Source: a virus (Duplodnaviria > Caudoviricetes). From it: a stretch of 64,000 nt of DNA. How positions within the stretch are numbered: position 1 is the first letter of the stretch; every line of letters begins with the position of its first letter. This document shows, in pieces, positions 60,691-64,000 of the stretch. The stretch covers positions 10,054-74,053 of the IMG/VR virus record IMGVR_UViG_2914923772_000011; one strand, 5' to 3'. A model generated the notes under the pieces. That model was not told where the DNA came from and did no database searches. It saw nothing but the letters and a program-made list of their open reading frames with translations. The position numbers were made by a program, and so were the translations under genes.

Positions 60691-60982
60691 GGTTACTGTT
60701 GGAACCGTATATCTCCGCAAGGACATTACGAGTATTACACGAACTTCAGAACAGGGCGATAAAACCACTTACTGGACTTATCAGGAAGCGGCGCTGACCC
60801 CTCGGGAGTTCAATGAATACACCAATCTGCTTATGGCTGAAAACGCCATTAAAGGAACGAATGATTCGGACAACATTGTTCAGCTCATGGCAGGTCAGGA
60901 AACTGGTGATTCCCAGCAGCTTGCTATCATGGAAGCAATTGCCGATCTGTATGATGCCGTCGCAGCAATGATTCCTGAATGA
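60638..60982 (+). CDS. XkdW-like tail-associated protein
   Basis: Beta-rich N-terminus and LAIMEAIADLYD C-terminal helix; followed by XkdX-like peptides. Confidence 0.5.
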   Translation: MELNYKYAESTVQPTALEVTVGTVYLRKDITSITRTSEQGDKTTYWTYQEAALTPREFNEYTNLLMAENAIKGTNDSDNIVQLMAGQETGDSQQLAIMEAIADLYDAVAAMIPE

Positions 60983-60995
60983 GGAGGTAGCAAAA

Positions 60996-61139
60996 ATGGT
61001 CAATCTTTACGCCACGCTTATCATCAATAAGCGCAGAACCTTCGACCAGGTGCCTGAAAAATTTAAGGCAGATGTCGAGGCAAAATTGTTAGAATATGGC
61101 TACGATACCAACGGCGATCTTATCGCTGAGGAGGAGTAA
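60996..61139 (+). CDS. CD1375/XkdX-like 47-aa protein, copy 1 (not in the ORF track)
   Basis: [31 protein letters not shown]. Confidence 0.7.
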   Translation: MVNLYATLIINKRRTFDQVPEKFKADVEAKLLEYGYDTNGDLIAEEE

Positions 61140-61183
61140 CCATGTTTTATATTTTATCCAAAATTTTGATAGGAGGTAACAAC

Positions 61184-61318
61184 ATGGTAGCACTGTATGT
61201 CGCACTCATCATCGCAGGTCGTCGGACCTTTAATCAGGTTCCGGCGAAGTTCAAGGCTGCTGTCAAGGCTGATCTGGAAGCTCTCGGTCTTGACGAAAAT
61301 GGTAATCCTGTGGATTAA
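61184..61318 (+). CDS. CD1375/XkdX-like 44-aa protein, copy 2 (not in the ORF track)
   Basis: [31 protein letters not shown]. Confidence 0.7.
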   Translation: MVALYVALIIAGRRTFNQVPAKFKAAVKADLEALGLDENGNPVD

Positions 61319-61434
61319 CCGAAATTGGCAGGGAGTCTACTTTGCGGTGGGCTCCCTCGCCTAATTAAAAGAGGTTTGGGGTGATATTTCCTACAAGCTT
61401 CTTAATTCATTTATGACTTCAAGGAGGATGATAC

Positions 61435-61776
61435 ATGAAAATGGAACCCTGGCTGCAAACGCTATTAACCATTTTGGGGACGATACTTGCTTCTTCTGGA
61501 TTTTGGGCATATATCCAAGAGCGAAGCAAACGAAAAGCTGCTGAGAATAAGCACAACAATCTTGAAACGCAAATGCTCATTGGTCTGGCTCATGATCGCA
61601 TTATTTATCTCGGCATGGCCTATATTGAGAGAGGTTACATTACACAGGACGAGTATGAAAATCTATATGAATACTTGTACAAGCCTTATGAAAAATTAGG
61701 CGGTAATGGTTCGGCTAAGCGAATCATGACAGAAGTTGACCAACTTGCGATTCATAAATCAACTTACAATGCTTGA
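61435..61776 (+). CDS. Membrane-anchored holin/XhlA-like protein
   Basis: N-terminal TM segment; Y.KLGGNG pattern. Confidence 0.55.
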   Translation: MKMEPWLQTLLTILGTILASSGFWAYIQERSKRKAAENKHNNLETQMLIGLAHDRIIYLGMAYIERGYITQDEYENLYEYLYKPYEKLGGNGSAKRIMTEVDQLAIHKSTYNA

Positions 61777-61791
61777 ATTGGAGGTGAGATT

Positions 61792-62124
61792 ATGAGTTAT
61801 TCTGTTTCTGGCACAATGATTACTTTGACTCGGGGTGATACTTTTTCGGCGCTTATTACGATTACTGATCTAAATGACAATCAGTATATTCCCATGAATG
61901 GTGATCGTATTCGATTTGCCATGAAGAATGACTATAATGATGAAACTCCTCTTCTTATCAAGGAGATTCCGATTGACACGATGATCTTGACCCTCAATCC
62001 GGAAGATACAAAACATCTTCCCTTCGGAAAGTACGTCTACGACATTGAATTAACGAAGGCCACAGGAGAAGTTGATACTTTCATCACAAAAGCAATTCTT
62101 AAGCTAACGGAAGAGGTGCATTGA
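61792..62124 (+). CDS. BppU-N-like baseplate protein
   Basis: ITLTRGDT..LNPEDT..GKYVYDIEL. Confidence 0.55.
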   Translation: MSYSVSGTMITLTRGDTFSALITITDLNDNQYIPMNGDRIRFAMKNDYNDETPLLIKEIPIDTMILTLNPEDTKHLPFGKYVYDIELTKATGEVDTFITKAILKLTEEVH

Positions 62125-62125
62125 C

Positions 62126-62425
62126 ATGAGTAGCATAAAAGCGTTTGAGTGCCTTACTGGTCATATCTCTGGACTATGCACATTATCTGGTAAATTAACT
62201 TGCTTTGGAAGTTTGTCTGGCAAGCTGTCTGCTGTGATAGATTTTAATGCTTATTCTGGAGAATATGAAGTGGTGCCGAACGCTTTTAACACTCAGGTCT
62301 TGCCAACAGCCAATAAAGTGCTTAAGAAAGATATTGTTGTTCAAAAAGTCCCATATTTCGAAACCAGTAACAACTATGATGGGGTTACGGTTTATATTGC
62401 AGAGGAGGTTAATCAAAATGCCTAA
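62126..62425 (+). CDS. Small tail-tip-associated protein
   Basis: YSGEYEVVP..LPTANKVLKKDIVV..VPY pattern. Confidence 0.6.
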   Translation: MSSIKAFECLTGHISGLCTLSGKLTCFGSLSGKLSAVIDFNAYSGEYEVVPNAFNTQVLPTANKVLKKDIVVQKVPYFETSNNYDGVTVYIAEEVNQNA

Positions 62426-63005
62426 CCAAAACGTTAATAAGGTTATTTATGGCGGTCGTGTTCTCATCGACCTTACTGGCGACACCGTAGACCCCAGTAA
62501 ACTTCTCAAAGGATCTAAAGCTCACGACAAGAGTGGAGCTCAAATTGAAGGTGCTTGCACATTTGATGTTGATTCTACGGATGCCACCGCTGTCGCTGCT
62601 GAAATCTTGTTTGGAAAGACTGCGTATGTAAGTGGCAATAAACTAACTGGCACAATGAAAAACAATGGTGCCGTTACTAAGAAGATCACCACCAGAGACG
62701 AGGAAGTTACAATTCCTCAGGGTTTCCACGATGGCAGCGGTAAAGTGGGAATCGACGCAACTGAAAAAGGCAAGCTGATTGCCAACAATATTCGAGAGGG
62801 CGTAACTATCCTCGGCGTTGAGGGTACAATGTCCGGCTCGGAAAACATGAAACCACAGGCTAAGACAGTTACACCGTCCACCGCGAAGCAGACGATTCTG
62901 CCTGATACAGAGTATAACTGTTTGTCTCAGGTAGAAGTTGAAGCTATTCCTTATGTGGAAGCAGATAATCCTGCTGGAGGAGTGACGGTAACGATTGCGG
63001 GGTGA
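62418..63005 (+). CDS. Tail-tip-associated protein
   Basis: VNKVIYGGRVLIDLTGDTV start, shared with the next gene. Confidence 0.65.
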   Translation: MPNQNVNKVIYGGRVLIDLTGDTVDPSKLLKGSKAHDKSGAQIEGACTFDVDSTDATAVAAEILFGKTAYVSGNKLTGTMKNNGAVTKKITTRDEEVTIPQGFHDGSGKVGIDATEKGKLIANNIREGVTILGVEGTMSGSENMKPQAKTVTPSTAKQTILPDTEYNCLSQVEVEAIPYVEADNPAGGVTVTIAG

Positions 63006-63011
63006 GAGTAA

Positions 63012-63542
63012 ATGGCTGTAAATAAGGTCGTTTACAATCGCCGGACACTAATCGATCTGACCGCCGATACCGTCAGCAAAGAAACTCTTAAAAAGGGATT
63101 TACAGCTCATCAAGCCGATGGTACAATGATTACCGGTGAGTTTATTGGCGATGATTACGATGAAATTGACCGAATTCTTACAGCCGGTTTAACGGATGGC
63201 TATAAACATTTTTCGGACGATGGTACAATCATCAGCACAATCGATTCACAGGGTCGAACACTGGTTAAGACTTTTTCAAATGACTTTTTGACCTGTATCA
63301 CGGTTCTAACTGATCCGGACGGGAATGAACTTGGTCGTACTGTGAGGTCTTTTTCTGACAATAGCAGCACGATTATTACTACCGACTCTAAAGGACAGAA
63401 GCTTGTTAAGAAGTTTTCGAATAACATGCTTAACATGGAAGCGGTTCTTACGGATGCTGCTGGTAAGGAGCTTGCCCGTCTTACAAAGGTCTTTTCCGCA
63501 GATGGGAAGGACATCACTTCGACCGTGGTTTATGGGAAATAA
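63012..63542 (+). CDS. Tail-tip-associated protein with duplicated beta-repeat domain
   Basis: FSDDGT.I....GRTL.KTFS repeat homologous to the C-terminus of 56302-57309. Confidence 0.65.
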   Translation: MAVNKVVYNRRTLIDLTADTVSKETLKKGFTAHQADGTMITGEFIGDDYDEIDRILTAGLTDGYKHFSDDGTIISTIDSQGRTLVKTFSNDFLTCITVLTDPDGNELGRTVRSFSDNSSTIITTDSKGQKLVKKFSNNMLNMEAVLTDAAGKELARLTKVFSADGKDITSTVVYGK

Positions 63543-63564
63543 GATGCAATTTGAAGCCGTTGCG

Positions 63565-63593
63565 TGTAGGTTATTTCTGCATTATTCCTACAC
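63565..63593 (+). repeat. attR-side integrase arm-type repeat (copy 2 of the 29-bp direct repeat)
   Basis: TGTAGGTTATTTCTGCATTATTCCTACAC. Confidence 0.65.
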
Positions 63594-63667
63594 TTTGGCT
63601 CAAAAAGCCAGTAATTACGGGATATTTTGCTTCCATTATAATAAAAATGGAAACGAGGTGAACTCGA

Positions 63668-64000
63668 ATGAGCGATCAATATACTCCGATGATTGAGCGC
63701 ATCTCAGAAGAATACGATGAGAGCGACAGTAATATGGTTCTTGAGCTGGCCGCCACCAATCAGGAATATGCTGACCTCAAACAGCAAATGAGCGAACTGA
63801 AACACCAGTACCCTTTCATCGAGAAGCTGCTGGAGGGGGACGGCGAAGTACAGCTTACTGATCAGGAACATGAAATTTTGAATCAGTATTTCCGGCTGTA
63901 TTTGCGGGCCGACAACATGGAGCGCAAGCATATCTACTTCCGAGGCCACACGGATTGTTTTTCCTATCTGGAGAAAATTGGGGCATTCAAAAAAGAATAA
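63668..64000 (+). CDS. Small conserved host/ICE protein (DUF6664-like)
   Basis: GAGGTGA RBS; YFRGHTDCFSYLEKIG C-terminus; outside the inferred attR. Confidence 0.6.
   Translation: MSDQYTPMIERISEEYDESDSNMVLELAATNQEYADLKQQMSELKHQYPFIEKLLEGDGEVQLTDQEHEILNQYFRLYLRADNMERKHIYFRGHTDCFSYLEKIGAFKKE

Larger units (their letters stand above)
3669..63640. mobile_element. Temperate siphovirus prophage, about 60 kb, apparently complete
   Basis: Integrase at left end; replication, packaging, head, tail and lysis modules; matching CCTACA/TGTAGG repeats at both ends; host-like genes resume outside. Exact crossover (TATA at 3669-3672 and 63637-63640) is inferred. Confidence 0.9.

Noticed and set aside
60638-60982. 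ORF after the RT as the Avd accessory protein
   Set aside because: Beta-rich N-terminus, acidic composition and XkdX-like neighbours fit a tail-associated protein, not a basic four-helix Avd
3669-63640. A second DGR variable repeat elsewhere in the prophage
   Set aside because: No other TR-like segment noticed by eye; a BLASTN of TR against the genome would settle it

Overview
Almost the whole window is one apparently intact temperate siphovirus prophage of about 60 kb (approx. 3669-63640). It is inserted in what looks like the accessory region of a Firmicutes (Clostridia-type) integrative conjugative element: an SNF2-type helicase tail, an XRE regulator and a SLOG-like gene on the left, and a small conserved gene on the right. 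Gene order is: tyrosine integrase; early small-gene region; replication and nucleotide metabolism (helicase-primase-PolB fusion, SSB, SF2 helicase, NrdD/NrdG, MazG, ThyX-like); probable origin; lipoprotein moron; a 906-aa single-chain two-barrel (DFDGD) RNA polymerase; tRNA-Leu; packaging, head and tail genes with an embedded lysis cassette; and a diversity-generating retroelement (VR 59047-59157, TR 59262-59372, 19 differences, all at TR adenines). The most interesting signal is non-coding and points to a self-contained phage gene-control system. It comprises (i) ten copies of a rigidly spaced motif CGC-N7-ACA-N9-ATG, the candidate phage-RNAP promoter; (ii) terminators sharing a T(A/G)AC(A/G)A loop that close single-gene cassettes and must be read through to reach replication genes; (iii) a conserved GAAAGGAGAAAA start-associated sequence; (iv) a 132-nt hairpin at the head of the late region whose loop carries tandem anti-Shine-Dalgarno sequences with 20-22 nt perfect complementarity to phage ribosome-binding sites; (v) L-x-H motifs shared by the capsid precursor, two head accessory proteins and the RNAP N-terminus, suggesting virion packaging of the polymerase; and (vi) a tRNA mimic and a structured sigmaA-driven RNA, with no recognisable CI repressor. 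Repeats, alignments and pairings were read by eye from the sequence. Family names come from remembered motifs, not from database searches. Functional roles are inference.
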